A stretch of DNA of 64,000 nt from Anolis carolinensis (Eukaryota), in NCBI RefSeq assembly GCF_035594765.1, contig NC_085846.1, forward strand, positions 119,027,190 through 119,091,189. The letters run 5' to 3'. Under the pieces are notes generated by a model, which had not been told where the DNA came from, made no database searches, and saw only the letters and a program-made list of their open reading frames with translations. The position numbers and the translations under genes were made by a program. Below, one piece after another: positions 22,339 to 34,699 of this stretch; the first letter of the stretch is position 1, and each line of letters starts with the position of its first letter.

Positions 22339-24732
22339 CCTTAGAGGAAAGCCAACCTCCCCTGAAGAAATCTTGCCTTGAAAACCTTGTGAAAGCTTCA
22401 CCTTTAAGTCACCATATGTTGGAAATGACTTGAAGGGACACAAGAACCACAAACATGATGAGTTAAAACAACACAAAGTGAAGTGTAAGGTTATTTTTAA
22501 ATGGCTTGAAATGAAATTCTAGATAATGTTGTGATAAATGAGTTGGGGGTGTTTTTGGTTTTGCAGAATGTGCTCCAGCACCAGAAAGAAGCAAACAGGA
22601 TGCCTCGATTGTGGTGGAACGTTTCTGAATTCATGTGAACAGAAACAGGCCTGCAGAAAACCCCAGAGCGTTACTAGTTGGTCTGTGGTTGAACTGAGCT
22701 CAGGTGCTCTTTCCTTGCAATAATCATCCTCTGAGCTTTGCAGCTGAATACAAACCAAACAGGCAGTTTCCTTTGATGTTATTTCACTTTATTTGGCCAC
22801 TTTCTCTCTAGAGGATTCAGCAGTACTACATGTGAAAAGAGCCGTGGGGTTATTATTACAGCTCATTGAACATGGGCCAGCAGTGTGTTGCTGCAACAAA
22901 GATGGCAAAGGCTTGTGCTTGGAAGAAGATTAGTTTCCAAGTCTATGCTTCTAAGTTGAGGGAAGCTATAGTCACTCTACAGTCTGTGCTAGTCTCCCGG
23001 CCTCCTCCCGTTGTCCATTCAGTTCAGGGCACCTCATTTTGGGAAGGATACGGACAAGTCCAAGCAAGTTTGGAGAATGGCAATGAGGACGAGAACACAA
23101 CACAAGGAGAGGAGCTAGGCATTTTCCACCCTGTGACACAATGGCCCTCTAGTTCGGCCCCAGAAGCTAGGATCAGGCCTCGTGGATTGAAACCACAGGG
23201 GGGGGGGTAGATTCTGATTGAACATTAGGAGGAAGTCCTTGACAATGGAAGAGATTGGCCACAGAGTCACTGGTTCTGTCTGTCTCTCTGCCTCTGTCTG
23301 TGTGTGTGTATATCTGTCTGTCTGTTCACCCCCCTCTCTCCCTCTCCCCCCCCCAAGTCCCCTGGTCTCGAAAAAGAGGCTAGACTGCTCCCTGCAGTTG
23401 AGGATCTTGCAACTGGGGATCCTGGATTGAGCCACTAAAAGGAAATCCATGGCCAAGAGCGCTGCAACGCACTGCCTTCCGGAGCGACTAAATAACCTAA
23501 AGGCGCCAGTCCCATTTGAGCTTGGTTGGTACTTGGATGGGAGACCAGGTCTGTAAGAAGGAGGCTGCAAACCCTCTGAGGATTCCTGGCTTGAAGGCAA
23601 GTACATAGAAACAAACATGTGCATCACCTTTTAACATCCTCATTCCTCCTTATTCAAACCAGGTGGCAACAGACAGCATGCCTATCTGAACCCTCTTCCT
23701 AAATATGGAGGGCGTTCAACCTGCACAAGCAAGTTCTGTTTTTCATCTCAACTGCTGCCTTGACTACTACTTCTTCTACCTCTTCTACCTCTTCTACCTC
23801 CTCCTCTTCTTCTTCTTCTTCTTCTTCTTCTTCTTCTTCTTCTTCTTCTTCTTCTTCTTCTATTTATACCCCACTTTATCTCCCCAAGGGGGACTCAAAG
23901 CAGCTTGACATAGAAGCATTAGTATACAATTTAAAATATACAAATATACAAATATTAAAACAGCATTACACATAATTAGTATTAAAACAATTCAGATTAA
24001 ATCCATAGAAACACATAAAACCACAGCAACCCCTGACATGATCTTGAACGCTTCCATCTTCTTCAGCTGTCTGAATTTAAGATACAAGTGAAGACCTATC
24101 TCTTCGTCAGGCCTTCTGAGAAGGAAGGAAGGGCCTGTTCTCTCTCGTTCCCACCAACCGAGCCTGAGGTGGAGGTGGGACCGAGAGTAGGAAGGCCTCT
24201 CCTGAAGGATCTCAGGGCTCGGAAGGCAGGTTCATACAAGGACATGTGGTCGGTGAAATAGCCTGGACCTGAACCATCTAGGGCTTTAAAGGTCATCACC
24301 AGCACTTTGTATTGTGCCCAGAAACAGACTGGCAGTCCTGCAGTCGGCCCCAGTGAGCAACCTGGCTGCAACTCTTTGGACTAGATGAAGTTGTGGAGCG
24401 CTTTTCCGAGGAAGCATCACGTACAGCACGTTATAGTCATCCAGGTGGGATGTATCTATAGTCTTTTAAAATCATACTCACAGCCATAATTATCCTACAA
24501 AAGCCAGAAATGATCTTCACCTGAGTCGCCTGATAAGTGACGCCACAGCAAACAAGGGAAATGGCTGCAAACAGCAGAACACAAGCGATACGCAAAATGA
24601 ATCAGCAACAAGAATGAAAAGAATAATGGTGATATGCTTCATCTTAGAATGAGAATATGGAAGAAGACCCACAATGCCTTTGTGAGTGAATCAATCCCCA
24701 AAACTCATACTCCAAATGATATGATTATAGCC

Positions 24733-24870
24733 CAAGCATGGGCCAACTTGGGCCCTCCAGGTGTTTTGGACTTCAACTCCCACCATTCCTAACAGCCGGT
24801 AGGCTGTTAGGAATGGTGGGAGTTGAAGTCCAAAACACCTAGAGGGAGGGCCCAAGTTTGCCCATGCCTG
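24733..24870. mobile_element. Palindromic hAT MITE; duplicate at 52663-52796
   Basis: TIRs caagcatgggc / gcccatgcctg; TSD TTATAGCC. Confidence 0.82.
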
Positions 24871-26034
24871 TTATAGCCAATGTGTTGCCACCACTGTTGC
24901 TCTTATTGCAACTAAGGTTGCATTGTAGAATTAATGCCGCTTTGTACTTCTTTCATTGCTTTTGCTCAACACTATGGAATCCTGGGAGCTGTAGTTCTAT
25001 GAGGTCTTCAGCCTTCTCTGCAAAAGAGTGCAGCGCCTCACCAAACCACAACTCCCAAGATTCCATAGAACTGAGTCATGGTCGGCAAAGGGGTGTCAAA
25101 CTGCATTAATTTTACAGCGCAGATGTACCCTATGAGAAACAACAAGCTTAGAAAGAGCCTGAGCTGTTTACTGAGTTGTTTTGGAAAGAAGATAATGTAT
25201 GTTGATTACCTTTCGCCAAATGAATGATCAGTACAACCAAGCCAATGACTAAAGCACAGCCACCAAAAAAACAAAGCCCTTTTTTCAGCCAAGTTCTCTC
25301 CAAATTCCAACCTCCCCTTGGCTTTGGCCTGGTACCTCCATTCTCTGCCATGAACGCTTGAATCTTTTCATCTGTCAAGACCGGCTCCAAGTAGAGCCTA
25401 TTGGAGTAATGCCTCCCTCCCTCCTTCTCCACCATGCGCTGGACTATCTCCATCAGCTCAGAGACCTGCCTCTCCCGTTCCTCCCCAGATGCCCTGTTAT
25501 TGAAAGCACACATGCTTCCGAATTAGCCCATGGAGAGCCTTATTATCTGAGCCCCACACATAGTTCTCCAAGGAATCCCCCCCTAAATCCTCCTTGCGGG
25601 TGAAGAGGATGACCATGTGCCTGGAGGCCCATTCCCCAAACACAACCCGGACTTGATTTGCTGCATCCTGGTCTTCTGCCGTGAAGCGGCCCACCTGGGT
25701 CACAAACACCAAGGCATGAGGGCCGGGCCTGGAGAGGTCAATGCAGCGCCTGATCTCCGGCAGCAGGATCGTACTGGGTGTGTCTGGGTCACAAAGGGCT
25801 GGAGTGTCAATCACAGAAAGGTCCAAGTCTCTCCACCTCTGTGTCTCTCGTTGGCACCTGAGCGTGGTCGTCCTCAGTGCCGCCACGGACTCAAACGCCT
25901 TCCGGCCAAGAAGGGTGTTTCCTGTAGCGCTCTTCCCGCCTCCGGTCTTTCCAACAAGGATAATCCTGAGTTCAGATTCCTCCCTTCCGGGGCCTGAAGA
26001 ACAAATCAGTGAAAAAAGAGTCAGAGTTGATCTT

Positions 26035-26520
26035 CCTGGGCTGTAGCACAGCTGGTTAATCACCAGCAGAAATAGATCACTGCTGACCGGAAGGTGGCAA
26101 GTTCGAAGCCTGATTTGGATTGAGCACCCAACTACCAATAGCCTAGCTTGCTGTCCACCTAAGCAGTTCGAAAACAGCTGAGCTGTGAGTAAATAAATTA
26201 GGGACAGCTTAAGCAGGGAGATTAACTTAATTTATAACAAGATAAAACTGCCAGCGATCAAAGAGCGATAAGGAAACACTGTGCTCAAAATGGACTCGGT
26301 GTCATAGTAGATGAAGCGACAGTTCCCCCTGTGGCCGGAATCGAGCATAACCTCCATAAGCCAAAGTTGGAAAATGTTGAATTACCTCTATCTGTCTGTA
26401 TGTGTAGTATGTCTAAAAACGGCATTGAATGTTTGCCGTGTATATGTGCATTGTGATCCACCCTGTGTCCCCTTTGAGGTGAGAAAGAAGGGCAGAATAT
26501 AAATACTGTAAATAAATAAA
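26035..26520 (+). mobile_element. tRNA-derived SINE with (AAAT)n tail; duplicate at ~53972-54457, relative at ~4015-4245
   Basis: gggctgtagcacagctggt box A-like and gttcgaagcc box B-like motifs; shared 3' tail. Confidence 0.6.
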
Positions 26521-26737
26521 TTCCTGCTGGAATGCAACAAGGTTCTAGACAAGAAGAATGCAAGAGTGGCTCACAGTAGCAGTGGGAAAATAGGAGATAG
26601 TATTTAGCTTTTTAGAGTAAGCTGAACCTCTTCTTTCTTATGGAAAACTGTCCAGCTCCTCTCTGAGACGGAGACGGATATCTTGACCCAACTCCTTCTC
26701 ATTCCGCTCCTGTTCTTGACTTTCCCTCACAACCTCC

Positions 26738-27710
26738 TGTAATGAAGTGTGGTTTTTTTTAGTTTACAGATGCCATGTTTAATTGTGTTTTAAAAGGGTT
26801 AATATTTCAGTTACTCTGCACTCATGAGTTGGTTCCCATGGAGAAGTGGGAGGAGCCAACCATTCTTTTGCTGGAGGAGTGTAGTTTTGAAAAAGCAGCC
26901 GTTAGTCTATGCCCTGAGGAGGTGCAGTTAAGACTGATCCTCAGTGAAGGGATCAGGGAGGCTCAAATGTTTGATTTTGAGTCAGTTTAAAATATGTTTG
27001 GTGACTTATTTTAAGTTAGTCTGTGCCCTGCTGAGGTACAGTTAAGACTGATTCTCAGTTGGAGGATCAGGGAGGCTCAAATGTTTGATTTTGAGTCAGT
27101 GTAAAATAAGTTTGGTGACTTATTTTAAGGTAATCTGTCTCTTGATAAGCAACAGACAGTCTGTGATTTAAATTCATAGGGTGATTGCAGTTTAAAGCAC
27201 TAGAGAAGGAAGTGACGTTTTAAGAAGTTTGAAACACCTCAATATAGCTTTGCAACTGTTAATCTAAGTGCCTCTAAAGAGAAGTTACTGTAACCATTAA
27301 GCTTGTGCCTGAATAAATGTGTTATTGTTCTTCCTAACATCTCAGCTTCTGTCATCTATATTACCATCAAAAAGAAAACAAGAAAGAAGAAAAATAAAAT
27401 TTAAAAAGTCTCCTCTCTAAGTAACTAGTAGCTATATCTTCCAATAGTGGTGGCAAGAGTTGATAATCCCCTTAACATCTGGTGGCAGCATTTAAATAAA
27501 AAACATCTTTAATAAGTGGTGGCAGTGGATATAAAATATATATTAATAATATAAATAAAATATAATTAATAAAACAACCTCCACATCCACATCTCCGAAA
27601 TTGGTGTCAGAGTTGGGATTTAAAAAAGAGTCCCCCTGCCTGAGTTCTCCTCAAATTGGTGGCAGTGGTGGGATTTTAAAAAGATTTCCCCTCTGCCTGA
27701 CATCTTTGCA
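26738..27710 (+). mobile_element. Solo LTR-like element (probably Gmr1-like Gypsy) in the GIMAP C1 intron
   Basis: TG..CA termini, 5-bp TSD CCTCC, AATAAA, internal ~110-bp duplication, several tggtggcag/tggtgtcag PBS-like motifs. Confidence 0.75.
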
Positions 27711-28660
27711 CCTCCTTTGGATGTAGGCAGACTAGAACAGGACCCAGTAAACATTCCTTCCAGACAATGGAGTTCTCGCAATAAAGATTACCATAGTTCT
27801 CTAATGAAAGTGTGCTTTGCCCCTTTAATGCCCATCTCACACCCACACAATTGCCAAATCTATTCGCTTGGCTAACAGATCCTTAAGAATCTGAGAACTA
27901 TTTTATGATGATGGGGGGTGTCAACATGAGCAGTTTTCCCATCTGTAGGTTAATTCCTACAAAACCACGGAAACACAGAATACTGGGGCCTCCGTGGCCA
28001 AGCCTGCTCACTTCTGGATTCAGGGGACTATTCCACCGCAATGAATCCATGCAATGCAACCTCAAGACTGGACTGTGGGAATGTATGGCTTGTGGCCCTC
28101 AGCCAGCAGTCACTCAAGCGCTTAGTAGAATCCCTATCTCTGCTGGTGTTTTAGGGATCTCCTGGGACAAGGGCAGGGGGTCGCTCTTGACTGACAAGGG
28201 CCTGTTCTGAACTGGGCCAGATTATCTGAGAGTCTGCCATCTCCAAGATGCAGTGTTCCTTCACTTATCCCGGGTGTTACGTTCCAGGACCACCCGCAAT
28301 AAATGAAAATCCACGAAGTAGGGACGCTGTATTTGTGTTGTTTACAATCTCACTGGATTCTTGGCCAGGAATGCAATAAAATGCCTCTGCTCTATGTCTT
28401 CACTTCACTGGTGAGTTTTTAATCTGGAAATGTGGTTTTAAATTATGGTTCCCTCCCATTTCATTGCAGTCTAAATTGTGCAATTTTATTCACTGAGATT
28501 CTATGGGGCCCAATATTGCACATTCCTGTCATCATATGGCATTTTTAGTTTTCCCATGCAAAGGTTGTTAACCTTATCTGTTACTCACCCCACTATCCTT
28601 TTTTATAAACTGCTATGCATTGGTCTTGTTTTTCTGCACCTTATTCAGAAGCCCAAGCAA

Positions 28661-28707
28661 GGAGGAGGAGGAGGAGGAGGAGGAGGAGGAGGAGGAGGAG
28701 GAGGAGG
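28661..28707. repeat. (GGA)n microsatellite adjoining a splice donor; duplicate at 56598-56644
   Basis: Read directly. Other simple repeats: (TC)/(TA) 1045-1107, (TTA) 4938-4985, (TTC) ~23805-23860, (TAA) 60289-60343. Confidence 0.9.
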
Positions 28708-29255
28708 CTTACCTTGGCTGACTCTGGACATTTTTGAAACTCCCATGAAGGACAAAGATCCAGGGAAATTCCTGTGCAAAGAAACACACACAGAAGTGAA
28801 AGACATAGAATCATAGACTCCTATGGACGAGACCTCATGGGCCATCCAGAAGCAGAAAAGTCTTATTCAAAGCATGATGGCCCCAGACAGATGGCCATCC
28901 AGCCTTGATCCTGTGAGTCTCCCTCTTCCTCTGGACACATTCAGGCTTAGAGTCAACCTCTCCCTTCAATTGCGGTGCCCAGAATGGGACACAAGAGTGT
29001 GATTCCAGGTAAGGTGGTCTGGTGAAGGTCTGGCATACTGAGAAGAGACATTCTCGAAGGATAGAATACAGACTAATAAATATGATTGCGCTGGAAAAGA
29101 AAGCACAGAGAAGAGAAGGCTGTTGTCTCAATCTGCCAAGGCAGTTAGAGAAGCAGGGAGGTTTCTCATCAAAGGAGCTTGAAAGAACTTCCGTGAAGGC
29201 TCACATTCTCTTCCTCTCTGCCTACTAAAACCAATTAGGAAAAGACAGATATATA

Positions 29256-29662
29256 CCCTGTTTCCCCTAAAATAAAACTTCCCCTGAAAATAAGACCTAG
29301 TAGAGGTTTTGCTGAATTGCTAAATATAAGGCCTCCCCCAAAAGTAAGACCTAGCAAAGTTTTTGTTGGGAAGCATGCCTGCCAAACAGAACACCAGAGC
29401 ATGCAGGATCGGTAAATGTACGTGCCATAGAGTGTTGTACATGGAAATATTGGTAGTAACAAGAAATTCTTGATAGGATTCACAGTATGTCTGGTTATGC
29501 TGGTTTATGATGACAACTACTGTACAGTATATAATAAATGTTCATTTTTTTGTTCAACAATAAATGCGAATTCTTCTTCATGGAAAAATAAGACATCCCC
29601 TGAAAATAAGACCTAGAGCAAAAAATAATATAAGACACTGTCTTATTTTCGGGGAAACATGG
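29256..29662. mobile_element. pogo/Tigger-like MITE; duplicate at 57193-57599
   Basis: Inverted homolog of 2011-2431; TIR ccctgtttcccc / ggggaaacatgg; TA flanks. Confidence 0.8.
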
Positions 29663-29937
29663 TAGGTAAAAGATCCTCTTTACAAAGAGTTGTATTTACT
29701 TTCATTCCAATTTCTTATCTGGAAATTATCACAGGTCGTGTGATGGCCTCAGTTGCCCTTGGTTGGAAGGACCAAAAGAAATGGGATATAAAAAGTTGGT
29801 ATATTAAATATCTCCCTGACTACCTAGTCCAAGACTATATTAGTGAAACGTTATGATAGGATGGGCCAAAAGACAAAATGGGAGGCAAAATGGAAGGGTC
29901 TCATTTCCGGAAGAAAGGGGAAAGATAAATATAAGGA

Positions 29938-30098
29938 ACGAGCGAAACCCGGCCACGTTTTGCTGTGGCGTTTTTGGTTTGCATTTTTTTCTGCATAAAC
30001 ATTAAGATCTGACGGGTTACCGACTCTGGAGCATGCGACGTATAATTGCCCATGAGAGAAGCATTTGTTTTCTAATTTCAACACACACACTTGCATCT
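29938..30098 (-). mobile_element. Helitron 3' fragment (PIF1-type helicase C-terminus plus terminal hairpin); duplicate at 57875-58035
   Basis: FSHGQLYVACSRV helicase motif, then the gccacagcaaaacgtggcc hairpin. Confidence 0.78.
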
Positions 30099-30569
30099 TC
30101 AGGGGTTTCATAGAATCATAGAGTCGGAGGAGATCTCATGGGCCATCCAGTCCAACCCCTTTCTGCCAAGAAGCAGGAAAATCTCATTCAAAGCTCCATC
30201 TCCCCAAAGGGACTTGGGGTGGCTCAGATGGGGTCAAGCCCTAAAACATCAGATTGATGTACAATTTAAAACAGAATTAACAGACTACAACAATTATTTT
30301 AAACCATTAAAATAAACACAACCATATCAATTAGAATGTGAAGTGGAATTATTCAGGTTGCAGGGAGGGGCAGGCTGTGCAGCCGTGAAAATAAGACCAT
30401 AGGCTTGGTGAATGAGAACACGAGTAGTCACCCGTGTTCCCAGGACTGGTGCCTAGCACACTGCCCAGACGCACCGTGAACAGAGCTGGCTTGGAGCCCC
30501 ATCATCTTGGCAGCGTCCTAGGACGGGGCTTAAACCTCATGTGACGAGGCCCTTTCAGGCCTTTCTGCC

Positions 30570-30775
30570 AGGTTTGAATCCCACACGGGGAGAGTGCAGA
30601 TGAGCTCCCTCTGTCAGCTCCAGCTCCATGCGGGGACATGAGAGAAGCCTCCCACAAGGATGGTAAAACATCAAAACACCCGGGCGTCCCCTGGGCAACA
30701 TCCTTGCAGACGGCCAATTCTCTCACTCCAGAAGCGACTTGCAGTTTCTCAAGTCGCTCCTGACACGGGGGAAAA
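30570..30775 (+). mobile_element. 5'-truncated Sauria SINE; duplicate at ~58507-58712
   Basis: Homologous to the body of 58962-59235. Confidence 0.75.
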
Positions 30776-31648
30776 ATGAAGTTATTATGAATGGGAAATG
30801 TCTGCAACGCATCCCTCACCTTGATGCTCTAGTTAGGGGTTCATTTTCACTTAATTTTATTCATTTATTTGTTTTATGTTTATATACCACTCTTTCCCCC
30901 CAGCCGGGGAACCCAGAGTGGTCTTACACAATGGCAACATTAAATGCCACATATGATACAACATGTAGTAAAAACCAACAATCGTAGAACACACTTAAAA
31001 ACCAATATCATACCCTTAAGGGTAGGAGCCTCCGGTGGCGTAATGGCGTCATCATGTGCGTCCATTGTGACATCGAAGGTAATGAGCCAAGAAGGTGAGC
31101 TCTTGCAGAAAAGGTGCCTGTTCATTAACAATGGGCACAAACAATGGGCACGAGGACATGTACTGATGGAACCTCGCCTTTTGCACTTTTGACCACTTGT
31201 GCTGGACACTAACTTAGAAATGCCTCCAAGGGTGTCATGCATTGCTTTACCTATAAACGTAAATGTAACTGAAGCATTGGGTGTCCCATTCCTTTTTTTT
31301 TTTTTTTGGCACCCATGAGTTCCTGTTTTTCTGGGTTTTTTTAAACTTATTTTTCAAAAATAAATATTTCTTGAGACCCCAAAAGGCCTGATTCTTGCCA
31401 GCTAGGTTTTAAAACTGCACCTTTTGAAAGATTGAAGTGACACTATCACTGACAAAACTTCCCTGCCACCTGAATGGGAAGAGCCAAAGGCAAGGAAGAA
31501 TAACACATACAGGCAAGACACATCTTTTAGGGAGCTGTACAAGTTCTTTAGTTCACCACTTAGACAGATGTTGCTGATACACATGGGGGTTTTCCCCTTT
31601 CTCCCTTGCAGTGTAAGCATTAAAAAAGCACCACTAGGAAAAAGAAAA

Positions 31649-33049
31649 CATACAAGCAAGACTTCTTGAGCCAAGGTTGCCTTAGGGTTGCCACAGGTCA
31701 TACAAGCAAGACTTCTTGAGCCAAGGTTGCCTTAGGGTTGCCACAGGTCATACAAGCAAGACTTCTTGAGCCAAGGTTGCCTTAGGGTTGCCACAGGTCA
31801 TACAAGCAAGACTTCTTGAGCCAAGGTTGCCTTAGGGTTGCCACAGGTCATACAAGCAAGGCTTCTTGAGCCAAGGTTGCCTTAGGGTTGCCACAGGTCA
31901 TACAAGCAAGGCTTCTTGAGCCAAGGTTGCCTTAGGGTTGCCACAGGTCATACAAGCAAGACTTCTTGAGCCAAGGTTGCCTTAGGGTTGCCACAGGTCA
32001 TACAAGCAAGGCTTCTTGAGCCAAGGTTGCCTTAGGGTTGCCACAGGTCATACAAGCAAGACTTCTTGAGCCAAGGTTGCCTTAGGGTTGCCACAGGTCA
32101 TACAAGCAAGACTTCTTGAGCCAAGGTTGCCTTAGGGTTGCCACAGGTCATACAAGCAAGACTTCTTGAGCCAAGGTTGCCTTAGGGTTGCCACAGGTCA
32201 TACAAGCAAGACTTCTTGAGCCAAGGTTGCCTTAGGGTTGCCACAGGTCATACAAGCAAGACTTCTTGAGCCAAGGTTGCCTTAGGGTTGCCACAGGTCA
32301 TACAAGCAAGACTTCTTGAGCCAAGGTTGCCTTAGGGTTGCCACAGGTCATACAAGCAAGGCTTCTTGAGCCAAGGTTGCCTTAGGGTTGCCACAGGTCA
32401 TACAAGCAAGACTTCTTGAGCCAAGGTTGCCTTAGGGTTGCCACAGGTCATACAAGCAAGGCTTCTTGAGCCAAGGTTGCCTTAGGGTTGCCACAGGTCA
32501 TACAAGCAAGACTTCTTGAGCCAAGGTTGCCTTAGGGTTGCCACAGGTCATACAAGCAAGACTTCTTGAGCCAAGGTTGCCTTAGGGTTGCCACAGGTCA
32601 TACAAGCAAGACTTCTTGAGCCAAGGTTGCCTTAGGGTTGCCACAGGTCATACAAGCAAGACTTCTTGAGCCAAGGTTGCCTTAGGGTTGCCACAGGTCA
32701 TACAAGCAAGACTTCTTGAGCCAAGGTTGCCTTAGGGTTGCCACAGGTCATACAAGCAAGACTTCTTGAGCCAAGGTTGCCTTAGGGTTGCCACAGGTCA
32801 TACAAGCAAGACTTCTTGAGCCAAGGTTGCCTTAGGGTTGCCACAGGTCATACAAGCAAGACTTCTTGAGCCAAGGTTGCCTTAGGGTTGCCACAGGTCA
32901 TACAAGCAAGACTTCTTGAGCCAAGGTTGCCTTAGGGTTGCCACAGGTCATACAAGCAAGACTTCTTGAGCCAAGGTTGCCTTAGGGTTGCCACAGGTCA
33001 TACAAGCAAGACTTCTTGAGCCAAGGTTGCCTCAGGGCTGCCACAGGTC
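31649..33049. repeat. 50-bp minisatellite, 28 copies
   Basis: Unit catacaagcaag(a/g)cttcttgagccaaggttgccttagggttgccacaggt, almost invariant. Confidence 0.97.
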
Positions 33050-34699
33050 GCCTTGAAAGCACACAACAACAGACTTGCTTCCTTCACAGGACAAATGGGA
33101 ACATTCTTAATGTGGATGGAGAACACATTTTGCACAGAAGGTCTTGGAGGAAAGGTTTCTGCACAACAGTGTTTTCTGCACATAAAATGCTACGTTAGCC
33201 ATGTACTCAAGTCTCCATGTGTGTTGTACGGCCAGGCTCTTTTGTGCAAAGCCTTCTGTCCACTTGCGCTCTACAGACACCTCTGTGCAAAACATGGAGC
33301 CAAGGAGGGACACAACCTATGGCCTCGGTATCATGGTTTCTCTCCCAAGTTTTGGTTGGCCCCTTTGGGATGTCCAAGCCGGTGTGTGTGTGGTGTGTGG
33401 TGTGATTGGGAAGGGTATTCTGGTATATGCATGGCACGCACCATGTTTACAAGGATTGGGGCATCTGGTTGTGTTTCTCTGCCAACTGGTTTCTTCTGTG
33501 CAGGATCGATAAGGCCCAGCTGGGAGGTGGCCCCACTTTCTGAAAGAAGAGGGCTTGGCCACATTGAAAATAAATTATCTCTTTTTCTGAAAAGAGCCCT
33601 AACTATTTCCTTTCTCACAGACAAGGGGGAGTTTCTCTTCTCCTTTCTGGGAAATGCCGTGACTGTAGAGAAAGAGAAAGCACCACTGCTTTAGGACCAG
33701 GGCCAAGGCAAACAGCACCTTCTCAGTGTATCCCCTGCTGTGTTTGCTGTGGGCACATTGGGACAAGCAAAAGATTTCAACAGCAAAAGAGATTCAAAGA
33801 TGGGCTTCAAGCCATCCTTAAAAATGTGGAACACACACCGAGAGAGAACTGGGAAGCCCTGGCCTTGGAGCGTTGGGCCTGGAGGCCAGCTGGGACCAAC
33901 AGTGAGGTTGATTTTAAAGAGGCAAAAATGGAGGACAAAGGGAGAAATGTGCCAGGAGGAAGGTGTGCCAAGCAAACCCTTGCCGCGACTGACTTCCTTC
34001 TGAAAATGTATGTTCTCACTGCGAAATAAAGACCACGAGGATCCAAAACAGGTCTGTCTCTACAGTCACTTGCGGACCCACCACCCAGACTTTACCCCTA
34101 GAAGACAATCAGACCCATGGGTCACCAGTTGTAGCCTATGATGATATGAAGACGGGCACATTGGGGAACATACCCCACCCCATGCCCCATTCCCATTTTA
34201 AAATATGCTTCAATTTCCCATTTCCCCCTTTTCTTTGTTGGAACACACTCAGAAGGCCATTCTCTGCTCAAAATCGGACAAGATGACAGTATGGGCCAGA
34301 ATAGGGCTCACGCGGTAAACAGACATAAAGCCAAGGGAGAAGTGTGACTAATAGCAAGGAACCTGGGCCAGGATTACACCACTTCAACCTCCTGTATAGC
34401 TATCAGGTAGAACAAATACAAGTCAACACCATATCAAAATCAGAAGGAGAAGATAAAGTGCAGAATAGGAGTCATGTAGTGGCCAAGGTGGTTACAGAGG
34501 AATCACTTCCAGAAGCCAATTTAGACCACCAAGTTACCATTTCTAGGGCTTACAAATACAAGAAAATATTTTGTAAGATGTCTAGGGCTTCAGGTTAGTC
34601 ATTTCCAAAAACCTGTTGGAACCACCAAGTTTTCAAGTCCCTACGAAATGATGTTATTGATGGAGCTAATTGATGGAGCTAATCTTATCTCTTTGGGTA

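Larger units (their letters stand above)
25148..28746 (-). pseudogene. GIMAP pseudogene (C1), duplicate of gene C2; exons 28771..28713 and 25993..25148
   Basis: Near-identical to C2 but has an 11-bp deletion at ~25514 (catg[cgccgcccaca]cttccg). This shifts the frame to a stop at 25497, before the AFNN motif and TM anchor. The duplicated segment also ends before exon 1 and the promoter. Confidence 0.85.
21054..31046 (+). repeat. Segmental duplication copy 1 (~10 kb)
   Basis: Colinear and near-identical to 48440-58984 (offset ~27.9 kb); the ORF track gives identical translations in both copies. Confidence 0.95.

Noticed and set aside
31649-33049. CRISPR-like appearance of the regular 50-bp repeats (also considered for the hAT arrays)
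   Set aside because: Units are contiguous with no unique spacers, there are no cas genes, and the DNA is vertebrate.
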